A DNA stretch of 64,000 nt from an uncultured Alphaproteobacteria bacterium. GTDB taxonomy: Bacteria > Pseudomonadota > Alphaproteobacteria > Rhizobiales > Xanthobacteraceae. The DNA is taken from NCBI GenBank assembly GCA_963743395.1, contig CAVUPV010000006.1, positions 71,491-135,490 of the forward strand, read 5' to 3'. Shown here one piece after another: positions 9,583 through 19,320 of this stretch. The translations under genes and the position numbers were made by a program. Position 1 is the stretch's first letter; each line of letters opens with the position of its first letter. The notes beneath the pieces are model-generated. The model made no database searches, had not been told where the DNA came from, and saw only the letters and a list, made by a program, of their open reading frames with translations.

Positions 9583-12510
9583 ATGGCGAAAAGCCCGAAG
9601 CCGCGCGATCCCGCGAAACATTCGAAAAAAGACCCGGCCAGACCGACGCGCGCCAAGGCGTCGCGCCCGGACACGGCGGCGCTCGACCGGTCGCTGGCGG
9701 ACATTCTCAATCCGGCCATCGGCCAGGGCCGCGCGGGCCTGGGCGCGCAGACCGGTTCCCCCTCATCAACTCTGCCGCAAGGGAGCGGGGCCGCCTCGAG
9801 CCTGCAACCCCCGCCGGACAATTCGTGGGACCGCCGCGCCGATTTCGCCAATGCACATCGCGCCCGCGCCTCGACGCGTGGCTTTAGCGAAGCGCCGCAG
9901 CAGGGCTATGTCGGTAAAACGCCGGTGTCGCCCGGCGAGCTCGATCCCGATCTGGCCCGCGCGCTCGGCATCGACGAGGGCGGCGACGACAAAACTTCCA
10001 CCGAAGGCGCGCGCGGCGGCGTGATCAGATACGGCGATGAAAACGCCTCGCCCCGATCGCGCTTCGCGCCAAAAGAAGGCGGCATGAGCGCGTTCGGCAG
10101 CGCCGCTAGCCAGCAATCGCTCGATCGTCTACTGCGCGAGGGCCGCGCCGAATTTCGCGAGGCGCTGTGGACGCCGCACCGGCCGCCGCGGCCGGACAAA
10201 TCCGAAGGTGGTCGCCGCCTCGTCATCAAATCCGATTTCGATCCCAAGGGCGATCAGCCGCAGGCGATCAAGGATCTGGTCGAGGGCGTGCGCAGGAACG
10301 ACCGTACCCAGGTACTGCTCGGCGTCACCGGCTCCGGCAAGACTTTCACCATGGCGAAGGTTATCGAGGCGACGCAGCGCCCGGCGCTGATCCTCGCGCC
10401 CAACAAGACGCTGGCGGCGCAGCTCTACGGCGAGTTTCGGAGTTTCTTTCCCGACAACGCGGTCGAATATTTCGTCAGTTATTACGACTACTACCAGCCG
10501 GAAGCCTATATCCCGCGCACCGACACCTATATCGAGAAGGATTCCTCGATCAACGAGCAGATCGACCGCATGCGCCACTCGGCGACGCGGGCGCTGCTCG
10601 AACGCGACGACGTCATCATCGTTGCCTCGGTATCGTGCATCTACGGTATCGGCTCGGTCGAAACCTATTCGGCGATGACCTTCACCATCAAAAGCGGCGA
10701 AAAGCTCAATCAGCGCCAGCTGCTCGCCGACTTGGTGGCGCTGCAATACAAGCGCTCGGGCGGCGATTTTTTCCGCGGCTCGTTCCGCGTGCGCGGCGAT
10801 GTCATCGAGATTTTCCCGGCGCACTATGAGGACCGCGCCTGGCGGGTGTCGCTGTTCGGCGACGAAGTGGAATCGATCCACGAATTCGATCCGCTCACCG
10901 GCCAGAAGACCGACGAGCTGGAATTCGTCAAAATCTACGCCAATTCGCATTATGTGACGCCGCGGCCGACTTTGCTGCAGGCGATTTCCGGCATCAAGTT
11001 CGAGTTGCGCCAGCGGCTCGAACAGCTCAACGCCGCCGGCCGGCTGCTCGAAGCGCAGCGGCTCGAACAGCGCACGCTCTACGACCTCGAAATGATGGAG
11101 GCGACCGGAAGCTGCGCCGGCATCGAGAACTATTCGCGCTATCTCACCGGACGCAAACCCGGCGAGCCGCCACCCACTCTGTTCGAATACGTGCCCGACA
11201 ATGCGCTGGTTTTCGCCGACGAAAGCCACGTCACCGTGCCGCAGCTCGGCGGCATGTTCCGCGGCGACTTCCGGCGCAAGGCGACGCTCGCCGAATACGG
11301 CTTCCGGCTGCCGTCATGCATGGACAACCGGCCGCTCCGCTTCGAGGAATGGGACGCCATGCGGCCGCAGACCGCGTGCGTCTCGGCGACGCCCGGCCCG
11401 TGGGAGCTCAACGAATCCGGCGGCGTGTTCACCGAACAGGTGATCCGGCCAACCGGCCTGATCGATCCGCCGGTCGACGTGCGGCCGGCGCGCACCCAGG
11501 TCGACGACCTGGTCGGCGAAGTGCGGCAGGTGGCGCAGCAGGGCTACCGCTCGCTGGTGACGGTTCTCACCAAGCGCATGGCGGAGGATTTGACCGAATA
11601 TCTGCATGAGCAGGGCATTCGGGTGCGCTACATGCATTCCGATATCGACACTATCGAACGCATAGAAATTATTCGCGACCTCCGCCTCGGCGCCTTCGAT
11701 GCGCTGGTCGGCATCAACCTGTTGCGCGAGGGCCTCGATATTCCTGAATGCGCGCTGGTCGCCATCCTGGATGCCGACAAGGAAGGATTTTTGCGCAGCG
11801 AAACCAGCCTGGTACAAACCATCGGCCGCGCCGCGCGCAATATCGACGGTCGGGTCATTCTCTATGCCGACCAGATCACCGGCTCGATGGAGCGCGCCAT
11901 GGCGGAAACCAGCCGCCGCCGCGAGAAGCAGGAAGCCTACAACATCGAAAACGGCATCACGCCGGAAAGCATCCGCAAGGGCATCGGCGACATTCTCAGC
12001 AGTGTTTATGAGCGCGATCACGTGCTGATCGACACCGGCACCGGCGAGCCCGGCGAATTCGGCGAGGCCGCCACCATCGGCCATAATTTCGAGGCGGTGA
12101 TCGCCGATCTCGAAGCCCGCATGCGCGCCGCCGCCGCCGATCTCGACTTCGAGGAAGCAGCGCGGCTGCGCGACAAGCTCAAGCGCCTGCGCGCCACCGA
12201 GCTGGCGGTGATTGACAATCCGACGGCGAAATTTCTGCCCTCTCCCGGTCCGGGAGAGGGCCGCCGCGCGCAGCGCGGCGGGGTGAGGGCTCAGGGAAGC
12301 AGGGTCCACAAACCGACGCTCGACGAAATGGGCATCGCGCTGTCCCACGAAGTCGCGCCGCATCGTCCGGGCCGCCGGGCCACGCCGCGCAAGCCAAATC
12401 TCGACGAAATGGGTCCGGGCGTGGAGTCGATTCCAGGGAAATCATCCGGCCCGCGCTCGACGCTTGGCCGTCCCGGCATGCGCGGCGGCTTTAAGCCGCG
12501 AGCGCGCTAA
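9583..12510 (+). CDS. uvrB: excinuclease ABC subunit B with long N- and C-terminal extensions
   Basis: UvrB core runs from about aa 212: [18 protein letters not shown], Walker [19 protein letters not shown], helicase motifs, and UVR domain [17 protein letters not shown] roughly 210-aa basic/Pro-rich N-terminal extension and a roughly 110-aa tail are in the same uninterrupted ORF. Confidence 0.95.
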   Translation: MAKSPKPRDPAKHSKKDPARPTRAKASRPDTAALDRSLADILNPAIGQGRAGLGAQTGSPSSTLPQGSGAASSLQPPPDNSWDRRADFANAHRARASTRGFSEAPQQGYVGKTPVSPGELDPDLARALGIDEGGDDKTSTEGARGGVIRYGDENASPRSRFAPKEGGMSAFGSAASQQSLDRLLREGRAEFREALWTPHRPPRPDKSEGGRRLVIKSDFDPKGDQPQAIKDLVEGVRRNDRTQVLLGVTGSGKTFTMAKVIEATQRPALILAPNKTLAAQLYGEFRSFFPDNAVEYFVSYYDYYQPEAYIPRTDTYIEKDSSINEQIDRMRHSATRALLERDDVIIVASVSCIYGIGSVETYSAMTFTIKSGEKLNQRQLLADLVALQYKRSGGDFFRGSFRVRGDVIEIFPAHYEDRAWRVSLFGDEVESIHEFDPLTGQKTDELEFVKIYANSHYVTPRPTLLQAISGIKFELRQRLEQLNAAGRLLEAQRLEQRTLYDLEMMEATGSCAGIENYSRYLTGRKPGEPPPTLFEYVPDNALVFADESHVTVPQLGGMFRGDFRRKATLAEYGFRLPSCMDNRPLRFEEWDAMRPQTACVSATPGPWELNESGGVFTEQVIRPTGLIDPPVDVRPARTQVDDLVGEVRQVAQQGYRSLVTVLTKRMAEDLTEYLHEQGIRVRYMHSDIDTIERIEIIRDLRLGAFDALVGINLLREGLDIPECALVAILDADKEGFLRSETSLVQTIGRAARNIDGRVILYADQITGSMERAMAETSRRREKQEAYNIENGITPESIRKGIGDILSSVYERDHVLIDTGTGEPGEFGEAATIGHNFEAVIADLEARMRAAAADLDFEEAARLRDKLKRLRATELAVIDNPTAKFLPSPGPGEGRRAQRGGVRAQGSRVHKPTLDEMGIALSHEVAPHRPGRRATPRKPNLDEMGPGVESIPGKSSGPRSTLGRPGMRGGFKPRAR
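12238..12296. repeat. REP-like double hairpin embedded in frame in the uvrB 3' coding region
   Basis: CCCTCTCCCGG-t-CCGGGAGAGGG (perfect 11-bp arms) is followed directly by CCGCCGCGC-gca-GCGCGGCGG and then GGTGAGGG. A related element lies at 56690-56722 (cctctcccgcttgcgggggagagaggtgggga). Confidence 0.7.
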
Positions 12511-12607
12511 TGCTTGACGCGGCAGGCGGCCGTTACCGCTGCGCCGCGCAATAGGCTAGATTGCACCGTTCAATTCCGAATCGCCCATCGAAAATCAGGA
12601 GGCCGCC

Positions 12608-12769
12608 ATGGCAAAAGGTCAGATGCGCAGCAACAAGGAAAAGAGGAAGCCGAAGCAGGACAAGAACAAGACGAAAAGCCCCGAAGCCCCCTCGCCGTTC
12701 GCCGGCATGCACAGCCAGGCGACCAAACCCGGCAGCTCGTACGCAAGCCAGTACGGCAAAAAACACTAG
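12608..12769 (+). CDS. small basic protein (53 aa), not in the ORF track
   Basis: AGGAGG lies 6 nt upstream of the ATG at 12608. Translation: MAKGQMRSNKEKRKPKQDKNKTKSPEAPSPFAGMHSQATKPGSSYASQYGKKH, stop TAG at 12767-12769. Similar MAKGQ.R.N.E.KKPK small proteins recur in alphaproteobacteria (from memory). Confidence 0.6.
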   Translation: MAKGQMRSNKEKRKPKQDKNKTKSPEAPSPFAGMHSQATKPGSSYASQYGKKH

Positions 12770-12821
12770 ACTGAATAAAGCGCCGGCTCGCGCTAGCGCG
12801 CGGAATAATCAGATCGCGCTC

Positions 12822-13349
12822 TTACATCCCCTGCCGCGCCAGCGCGGCGGCTCCCGCCGCGGCGACTTGCTCGTCCTGCGCGGAGAGCGCGCCGGAGACG
12901 CCGATGGCGCCGACGATCGCGCCGTTGATCTCGACCAGGAGTCCGCCTTGCAGCGGGGTGATGTCTTTCAACGCCAATAGCCGCATGCCGGCGCCGCCGG
13001 CGGCGATGGCGTCGTCGAGCGCCTTCGACGGCAGCTTGAATTCAAGCGCGGTGCGCGCCTTGCCCTCGGACGTGGTGACGGCGGAAAGCTGCGCGTTGTC
13101 GACCTTGTGGAACATCACCAGGTTGCCGCCGGAGTCGAGAATGGTGATGGCGACCTGCCAGGAATTCTTGGCCGCTTCGAGCTCGGCCGCCGCCATCACG
13201 CGTTTGGCCTGGTCGAGCGTGATCGGGGCCCCATAGGGCAGCGTCGTTCCCGGCGCCGATGCGGCGCCGGGCGCGGCAGGCTGTTGCGCCGAAGCCGCCG
13301 TCACGGCCGCCAAAGCAAAGGCGCTGGCAAAAGCTAGCATTCGCAACAT
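12822..13349 (-). CDS. GlcG/HbpS-family (DUF336) heme-binding protein, secreted
   Basis: Start MLRMLAFASAFALAAVTAASAQ at 13349 with a GGAGA RBS. DUF336-like core: ITILDSGGNLVMFHKVDNAQLSAVTTSEGKARTA..GGLLVEINGAIVGAIGVSG. Confidence 0.85.
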   Translation of the reverse strand: MLRMLAFASAFALAAVTAASAQQPAAPGAASAPGTTLPYGAPITLDQAKRVMAAAELEAAKNSWQVAITILDSGGNLVMFHKVDNAQLSAVTTSEGKARTALEFKLPSKALDDAIAAGGAGMRLLALKDITPLQGGLLVEINGAIVGAIGVSGALSAQDEQVAAAGAAALARQGM

Positions 13350-13588
13350 TTTGGTCTCCAACAGGGTCGGGCCGAATCCCCGGCGCGGCGGCACAATAAG
13401 CGGCAAAAGCGGCAGGGGAAAGCCGCACTTGCCGTCTCCTTGTCCTCTTCCCGAAGGGATGACGGCGGCCGAAGGCTACCTATGTCTCCCTTTTCAGGGG
13501 AGGTGAAAAGCGAAACGTGATCGCGCCGCCCGGTGCGCAGAACCTGCGCCGGGATTATATTTCCGCCACCGATCAGGAGACATCCGTC

Positions 13589-14245
13589 ATGTTCTCATTC
13601 CGCAAAAAACTCGAAATGCCCAGCGCCGCCGAGGCCCTGCCCGGCCGCCCGACGCCGATCCGCACCGCCGGGGAGCATTTCGTGCTGCACCTTCCGCTCA
13701 AGGGTCCCTATCCCGAAGGCTTGCAGATGGCGATGTTCGGGCTCGGCTGCTTTTGGGGGTCGGAACGCGGTTTCTGGGAGCTCGGCGACGGCATCTACAC
13801 GACCGCGGTCGGCTATGCCGGCGGTTTGACGCCGAACCCGACCTACGAAGAAGTCTGCTCCGGCCGCACCGGGCATAACGAGGTCGTGCTCGTGGTCTAT
13901 GATCCGAAGAAAATCTCCTACGAGCGCCTGCTCAAGACATTTTGGGAAAACCACGATCCGACCCAGGGCATGCGCCAGGGCGGCGATGTCGGCACGCAAT
14001 ACCGCTCCGGCATCTATGTGTTCTCGCCCGAGCAGCGCGCCGCCGCCGAAGCATCGAAGGCGGCCTATGGCAAGGCGCTCGCCGCCCAAGGGATGGGCGC
14101 CATCACGACGGAAATCGTCGACGCGCCGCCGTTCTATTTCGCCGAGGATTATCATCAGCAATATCTCGCCAAGAATCCAGGCGGCTATTGCGGCCACGGC
14201 GGCACCGGCGTGAGCTGCCCGATCGGCACGGGCGTGGCGGCGTAA
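13589..14245 (+). CDS. msrA: peptide-methionine (S)-S-oxide reductase
   Basis: AGGAGA RBS before the ATG at 13589. Sequence: [46 protein letters not shown]. Confidence 0.95.
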   Translation: MFSFRKKLEMPSAAEALPGRPTPIRTAGEHFVLHLPLKGPYPEGLQMAMFGLGCFWGSERGFWELGDGIYTTAVGYAGGLTPNPTYEEVCSGRTGHNEVVLVVYDPKKISYERLLKTFWENHDPTQGMRQGGDVGTQYRSGIYVFSPEQRAAAEASKAAYGKALAAQGMGAITTEIVDAPPFYFAEDYHQQYLAKNPGGYCGHGGTGVSCPIGTGVAA

Positions 14246-14308
14246 AAACGCAAATTGACCGGACCCGTCATATACCGGCACAGTGTCGACAAGACATCGA
14301 CCGTTATC

Positions 14309-14400
14309 TGTCATCCTGGGATGGCCGCATAGCGGCCCTCGAAGGATGCACTGGCCGTCGTCCTTCGAGGCTCGCTTCGCTCGCACCTCAGGATGACGGA
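14309..14400. repeat. REP/MITE-like element, family B variant (GTCATCCTGGG ... CCTCAGGATGAC)
   Basis: Terminal inverted arms tgtcatcctgg/cctcaggatgacgg, plus an internal palindrome ccctcgaaggatg...cgtccttcgaggc. Confidence 0.8.
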
Positions 14401-14420
14401 ACACATTGCGGGGGGAAATC

Positions 14421-14942
14421 ATGGCGTGGCCTGACGGGCGCTACATTCAAGGCACGATTTTTTTCAGCCGCTGGCTATTGGCGCCGTTCCTGCTCGGCCT
14501 GCTGGTGAGCTTGTTTCTGCTGATCTACCGCTTCTACATCGATCTCTACGCGCTGATATTCCAGGTGCAGGGCGAGAGTTGGCACGACATGGTCACCAGC
14601 CTGCTCAATCTGGTCGACCTGGCGCTGACGGCCAATCTGGTCCTGATCGTCATTTTTTCCAGCTACGAGAATTTCATCCGCCGCATCCATGCCGATGCGC
14701 ATCCGGACTGGCCCGAAGGCCTGACCCAGGTCGATTTCGGCGCGCTCAAGCAGAAGCTGCTCGGCTCGATCGTCGGCATCGCCTCGGTCGATACGCTGGC
14801 GTGGTATTTCGATCTCGAGAAAATTCCGGACAGCCCGAAGCTGCTGTGGGTCCTGGCCTTCCCGCTGACACTGGCCTTGGTCATGCTCATTCTCGCGGTC
14901 GCCGACTGGTTTAGCGACCTGCGTAAAAGGCACCCGCATTAG
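14421..14942 (+). CDS. UPF0114/YqhA-family membrane protein
   Basis: ATG at 14421 follows GGGGGGAAA. Sequence: FFSRWLLAPFLLGLLVSLFLLIY..NLVDLALTANLVLIVIFSSYENF, typical of YqhA/TIGR00645. Confidence 0.8.
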   Translation: MAWPDGRYIQGTIFFSRWLLAPFLLGLLVSLFLLIYRFYIDLYALIFQVQGESWHDMVTSLLNLVDLALTANLVLIVIFSSYENFIRRIHADAHPDWPEGLTQVDFGALKQKLLGSIVGIASVDTLAWYFDLEKIPDSPKLLWVLAFPLTLALVMLILAVADWFSDLRKRHPH

Positions 14943-15045
14943 GCGCTCCGGCGGCGGGCGGACGGCCGCGCCGGTGAGGATTTGTTAACCATACCGGGCG
15001 TTAATCGCATTTCGGCTTTGGCTCGAACGGGGTCGGATTGCGCGT

Positions 15046-15858
15046 ATGCGGGTCACCCGCTCTCTCATGCTGTTTTTTGCCGTGGCTATGGCGGCAGGGG
15101 GGTGCGCGCAGCAGCCCCTGATGCGCGTCCAGATGGCCGGCGCGCCAGCCCCTTACGGCATCGACAACGTCGTCTATGGCTCCGGCTACGGCGCGGTTGC
15201 CGCACCCGCAACGGCCGCGGGGCCGGCTTACGGCATGGCGCCGGCGCCGGGCTACGCCGCGCCCGGTTATGCAATGGCGGCGCCGACTTCTGCGGCGGCG
15301 CCGGCCTACGGCACGGCGATGGCCGCCGGCTATCCCGCAATGGCGGGCTATCCCGGCATGATGGCCCAGCCGGCCGCCTATTCGCCGAACGCCCTGCAAT
15401 TATCCTACACGCTCGATTCCGGCGACCGGCTGCGCATCGTCGTATTCGGGCAGGACGGGTTGACCAATTCCTACGTGCTCGACGCCAGCGGGCAAATCGA
15501 CATGCCGCTCATTGGCATTGTGCCGGCGCGCGGCCTGACGACCGATCAGCTCGCGGCGCGCATCAGCGACATGCTGCGCCAGGGATTTGTCCGCGAGCCG
15601 CATGTCGCCGTCGAAGTCGAAGCCTATCGGCCGTTCTTCATCCTCGGTGAAGTCGCGCAGCCCGGCCAATATCCCTATACGCCGAACATGACGGTGGAGA
15701 CCGCGGTGGCGATCGCCGGCGGCTTCGGGCCGCGCGGCGACCACAAGTCCGTGGTCATCAGCCGCAATTACGGCGGCTCAGTCTATCGCTTCCGCACGCC
15801 GGTGACGGCGCCGGTCAGCCCGGGCGATACGATCCAAGTGCAGGAACGCTGGTTCTGA
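15046..15858 (+). CDS. polysaccharide export outer-membrane lipoprotein (Wza-like, Poly_export + SLBB)
   Basis: Lipobox AMAAGGC, then an A/P/G/Y-rich linker. Domain sequence: LDSGDRLRIVVFGQDGLTNSYVLDASGQIDMPLIGIVPARGLTTDQLAARI..VREPHVAVEVEAYRPFFILGEVAQPGQYPY. Confidence 0.8.
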   Translation: MRVTRSLMLFFAVAMAAGGCAQQPLMRVQMAGAPAPYGIDNVVYGSGYGAVAAPATAAGPAYGMAPAPGYAAPGYAMAAPTSAAAPAYGTAMAAGYPAMAGYPGMMAQPAAYSPNALQLSYTLDSGDRLRIVVFGQDGLTNSYVLDASGQIDMPLIGIVPARGLTTDQLAARISDMLRQGFVREPHVAVEVEAYRPFFILGEVAQPGQYPYTPNMTVETAVAIAGGFGPRGDHKSVVISRNYGGSVYRFRTPVTAPVSPGDTIQVQERWF

Positions 15859-15860
15859 AC

Positions 15861-15917
15861 CAGGAGTCGGTAGTAATCAGGCCTTCGGTCATCACGATTA
15901 CCGATCACTGACTCCTG
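15861..15917. terminator. long imperfect hairpin between convergent genes
   Basis: CAGGAGTC(15861-68)...GACTCCTG(15910-17), with inner GGTAGTAATC / GATTACCGATC arms. No clear U-tract. Confidence 0.4.
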
Positions 15918-16625
15918 CTATTTCAGGTGCTTCGCCAAAAACTCGCCAGCGCGTTTGCGTGCGGTCATGGCGGCGGCTTCGTTGTAGCTGCCGCGCTCTT
16001 CGCAATTAAAGCCGTGCTGCGCGTCGGGATAGACATAGATCTCGCAATCGCCGCCACGCTTTTGCTTGATCATCTCGACATCGCTCATCGGGATCGAAGC
16101 GTCCTTCTCGCCGAAATGCAGCTGCGTCGGAATTTTCGGCTTCTCATCGGCATTTTTGGCGATTTGGCCGCCGTAAAACGCCACCGCGCAGGACAGGCCG
16201 TTGAGCTTGCAGGCCGCCAGGAAGGCGATCGTTCCGCCCATGCAGAAACCTGTAATCGCGACCGGCCCCTCTTTCTTGAGTTCGTCGATCGCGGCCTGCA
16301 CATCGCGCATCATCGCGCCCCAATCGGGATTGGCGACGAACTTGCGCGCCGCGGCGATTTCATCGGGCGTATAGCCGGACTCGAAATTCGGCTGCTGGCG
16401 GTCGAACACCGCCGGCGCCACCGCGGTATAGCCTTGCGCGGCGAGCCGGTCGCACACCGCGCGGATATGATGATTGACGCCGAAGATTTCCTGAATGACG
16501 ACAATGCCGCCCTTGGATTTTCCGACCGGGTCGGCGCGATAGGCGCCGAGCTTGAAATTGTCCGACGCCGTCAATGCAAAATGCTTACCCAAGACGATCC
16601 TCCATTTGAAATTGGCCGAGCTCAC
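15918..16625 (-). CDS. dienelactone hydrolase family protein
   Basis: 235 aa with VVIQEIFGVNHHIR and the nucleophile motif ITGFCMGG; C-terminal ..YPDAQHGF. Confidence 0.85.
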   Translation of the reverse strand: MSSANFKWRIVLGKHFALTASDNFKLGAYRADPVGKSKGGIVVIQEIFGVNHHIRAVCDRLAAQGYTAVAPAVFDRQQPNFESGYTPDEIAAARKFVANPDWGAMMRDVQAAIDELKKEGPVAITGFCMGGTIAFLAACKLNGLSCAVAFYGGQIAKNADEKPKIPTQLHFGEKDASIPMSDVEMIKQKRGGDCEIYVYPDAQHGFNCEERGSYNEAAAMTARKRAGEFLAKHLK

Positions 16626-16700
16626 CCACGGGCCGGCCGCACAGATTAACCCCGCGCCAGCCTATCGGCGGGCCCGGCCGCGCTCAACCCACCCCGCGGA

Positions 16701-18173
16701 CTATTGCGTGACGACGATGAAACCGGTGCCGTCGCCGGTTTCGTCGCCGAGACCGTGGTCGGAAACGACCAGCGACGAGCCGGGCACCATCAACTGAGAA
16801 ATATAATCGATCACGTTCTGCGGAATATCGATGCGCGCCAGCACCTCGGCCGGCGTCTGCGGCGGCGGCATCGGCAGATCGGCGGCGGCCCCGCGTTTCT
16901 CGGCGCGCTTGTCGTGCTGGGCGTTCCGCGTCCTCGCCGGCGGTGGCGGTTCGCCGGGCAGCGAAACGACATTCCAGCGCAGCGTCGCGTGATCGCCCAG
17001 GAAATCCAGCGCCGTGAAGACGTGCGTGCCGAGCGGCTGATCGGGATGCGCGATGCCGATCGCGGCGGCGAACAAAGGCTCGAAATCCTGCCGCACGTAA
17101 ATCTTCTTTTCCTTGCGGCTGATGAAGATCGCGATCGGCGTCTTTTTGGACGGCAGGTCGGGCAGCATATTGGCCGGCTTGGCCGGCGGCGCTGCCGGCT
17201 CCGCCACCGCGTCGGCCAAAGTGGCGGCGGCGGACGTCGCGGCAGGAGGCGTGACGGGAGGAGACGTGACGGGAGGAGACGTGACGGGAGGAGACGTGAC
17301 GGCAGGAGAGGTGGCGGCACCGGGCGTCGCGGCGGGAGGTACGGGCGTTCCGCCCGGCGGCAAGGCATCGACGCGTAAGCCGATTTGATCGGGCTTTACC
17401 GGAATTGACGGCTCCGCCGCCGCGGCGTCCGTAGTCTTGCTGCCGTCACCGGCGGGCGAAGCCGGCGCGGTCTGCACCGCTGCGTCGGCGGGCGGCGTGA
17501 CCGCGACGGCAGGCGGCGGTGAAGGGGGCGGCGGCGATCGGTCCTTGTGCACAAACAGATGCGGATCGGCAAACTCAACCGGCTTTAGTTCGCCGTCCGC
17601 GATGACCACCGGCACCCCGATCCTGGTGAGACTGAAGAGGCGTACGGCGAAATCGTGCGGCATGCGGATACAGCCGTGCGATGCCCGATGTCCGATATTC
17701 TCGCCTTCATGCAGCGCCACGCCCGACCAGGTGATGCGCTGCATGAATGGCATCGGCGCGTTGCTGTAAATATTTGACTCGTGATAGCGCTGCTTCTGGA
17801 TGACGCTGAACACACCGAGCGGTGTCGGCAGGCTCGGCACACCGGTCGCAACCGACGTGTCGGCGACGTGGGCGCCGTCGCTGTAGAGGTGAAGCTTTTG
17901 CTGGTCGATTGAAACGTAGATTTGCAGCGGGCCTTTTGGAATATCGCCGAACGGCTCCTTGCTGGCGGGCTCTACGTCTTTATGCGCGACCTGCTTATAA
18001 TACGCGAATGCATACCGCGATCGCGACAAAGCCGGCGTGGCAGCCAAAATCACGGTCAGCGCCGCGAAGGCACAGACACCGGCTGCGCTTTTCTTCTGCC
18101 GCGCGCGCCGCGCGCCGTCAATGCTCAACTTCAGCCCCCCGGCCTGGTGGGAAAAAACGCGAATAGAAAGCAA
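16701..18173 (-). CDS. L,D-transpeptidase (YkuD) with a long Pro-rich C-terminal region
   Basis: YkuD core: VSIDQQKLHLY..GVPSLPTPLGVF..HGCIRMPHDFAV. Followed by PPPPSPPPAV... and a (VTSPP)n repeat. Confidence 0.85.
   Translation of the reverse strand: MLSIRVFSHQAGGLKLSIDGARRARQKKSAAGVCAFAALTVILAATPALSRSRYAFAYYKQVAHKDVEPASKEPFGDIPKGPLQIYVSIDQQKLHLYSDGAHVADTSVATGVPSLPTPLGVFSVIQKQRYHESNIYSNAPMPFMQRITWSGVALHEGENIGHRASHGCIRMPHDFAVRLFSLTRIGVPVVIADGELKPVEFADPHLFVHKDRSPPPPSPPPAVAVTPPADAAVQTAPASPAGDGSKTTDAAAAEPSIPVKPDQIGLRVDALPPGGTPVPPAATPGAATSPAVTSPPVTSPPVTSPPVTPPAATSAAATLADAVAEPAAPPAKPANMLPDLPSKKTPIAIFISRKEKKIYVRQDFEPLFAAAIGIAHPDQPLGTHVFTALDFLGDHATLRWNVVSLPGEPPPPARTRNAQHDKRAEKRGAAADLPMPPPQTPAEVLARIDIPQNVIDYISQLMVPGSSLVVSDHGLGDETGDGTGFIVVTQ
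17251..17310. repeat. 15-bp tandem repeat (gtgacgggaggagac x3 plus 1 variant), coding for (VTSPP)n on the minus strand
   Basis: Direct reading of 17251-17310; it lies in frame within CDS 16701..18173. Confidence 0.9.
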
Positions 18174-18258
18174 AGCGATGTCAGCGGACTATTCGACCTG
18201 TAAATCCTTACGGACACGTTGATCTCCAGCCACTTTGGCCCGCTGTCCGCCGCCGGAC

Positions 18259-19272
18259 CTAAGGCCGCGGCGTCAGCGCGAAGGCCTGCGCCAGCAATTC
18301 ATAGGAATGCCGGCGCGCCGCATGATCGTAAACCATTGTGGTGATCATTAGTTCATCGGCTTTTGTCGTTTCGACGAGGGCGAGCAGCCGTTCCCTGATC
18401 CGGTCAATGCCGCCGACCACAAGCCGCGCCCGGTGCCGCGCCATCCGCTCGCGGTCGACGGGCGTATAGGGATAGGCGGCGGCCTCTTCGGGCGAAGCGA
18501 GCGGCAGATATTCGCCCTTGGCGCGTCGCGCGTAATGCAAATCGGCGCTCAACGCGATGCGCTCGGCCTCGACATCGGTATCGGCGGCAATCGCCGCCGT
18601 GCCGAGAATGGCATAGGGCTCCGCCATCGTTGCCGACGGCTTGAAATGCTGGCGGTAGGACAGCATGGCGCTGGCCGCGTCGTAATCGGCGAAATGGTGG
18701 GCGAAGGCGAACCCCATGCCGGTCGCGGCAGCAAGTTCGGCGCTGTAGCCGCTCGAACCGAGCAGCCAGATCGGCGGCAGCGCGACATCGGCGGGGACGG
18801 CGTGCACATTGCGGAACGGATGGCCTTCCGGAAACCCGCCGCGCTCGAGCAGCAGCAATTCCTGGAAACGTTCGAGGAAATCGTCGCCTTGCCGCGGATC
18901 CTGCCGCGCGCGTAGCGCATACGACGTGACCGGATCGGTGCCCGGCGCGCGGCCTAGGCCGAGATCGATGCGGCCGGGAAACAAAGCCTCCAGCACCTTG
19001 AAGCGTTCGGCCACCATCAGCGGCGCGTGGTTCGGTAGCATCACTCCGCCCGAGCCGACGCGCAGATGCGCGGTCGCCGCCGCGATCTGACCGATCATGA
19101 TTTCCGGTGAGGAACTCGCGATATTCGCCAGATTGTGATGTTCGGCGACCCAGTAGCGCTTGTAGCCAAGCCGGTCGGCCAGCCGCGCCAAATCGAGCGA
19201 ATTGTGCAATGCCGCCGAAGCCGGCGTCGCCGTGGTCACGGGAGACAGATCGAGGACGGAAAGCGGGATCAC
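18259..19272 (-). CDS. LLM-class flavin-dependent oxidoreductase (luciferase-like monooxygenase)
   Basis: MIPLSVLDLSPV..LDLARLADRLGYKRYWVAEHHN..GSGGVMLPNHAPL, a typical YhbW/LLM N-terminus. Confidence 0.9.
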   Translation of the reverse strand: MIPLSVLDLSPVTTATPASAALHNSLDLARLADRLGYKRYWVAEHHNLANIASSSPEIMIGQIAAATAHLRVGSGGVMLPNHAPLMVAERFKVLEALFPGRIDLGLGRAPGTDPVTSYALRARQDPRQGDDFLERFQELLLLERGGFPEGHPFRNVHAVPADVALPPIWLLGSSGYSAELAAATGMGFAFAHHFADYDAASAMLSYRQHFKPSATMAEPYAILGTAAIAADTDVEAERIALSADLHYARRAKGEYLPLASPEEAAAYPYTPVDRERMARHRARLVVGGIDRIRERLLALVETTKADELMITTMVYDHAARRHSYELLAQAFALTPRP

Positions 19273-19320
19273 CCGGCCTATGAGCCCACGGCCGCCCCCG
19301 CCGTCAATCCCGGCGCAGGC

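Noticed and set aside
9408-9851. N-terminal 148-aa extension of the aminotransferase ORF (track entry 8175-9851).
   Set aside because: The extension reads straight through REP family B (peptide ..GFRAPRFARPRNDAS..). A good RBS plus ATG at 9407 gives a normal-length aminotransferase.
10129-11229. Long antisense or alternative-frame ORFs overlapping recognised genes. Examples: 261-1124, 1275-2141, 6367-7509, 10129-11229, 11314-12363, 27902-28768, 44734-45723, 45995-47284, 55598-56623 and 58845-60182.
   Set aside because: They have Arg/Ala/Gly/Pro-dominated composition typical of stop-codon-poor off-frames in 65% GC DNA. They lack RBS and recognisable motifs, and each overlaps a gene with clear family signatures.
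12514-12980. Track ORFs 12514-12774, 12533-12766 (minus strand) and 12561-12980 in the uvrB-glcG spacer.
   Set aside because: They have no RBS, and 12561-12980 overlaps the GlcG-like gene antisense. The 53-aa ORF at 12608-12769 with an AGGAGG RBS explains the coding signal better.
17251-17310. Short tandem repeats (17251-17310, 42140-42235, 53620-53673, 54129-54173), considered as possible CRISPR or other non-coding arrays.
   Set aside because: The units of 9-33 bp are contiguous without spacers, in frame, and translate to low-complexity protein repeats. There are no cas genes.
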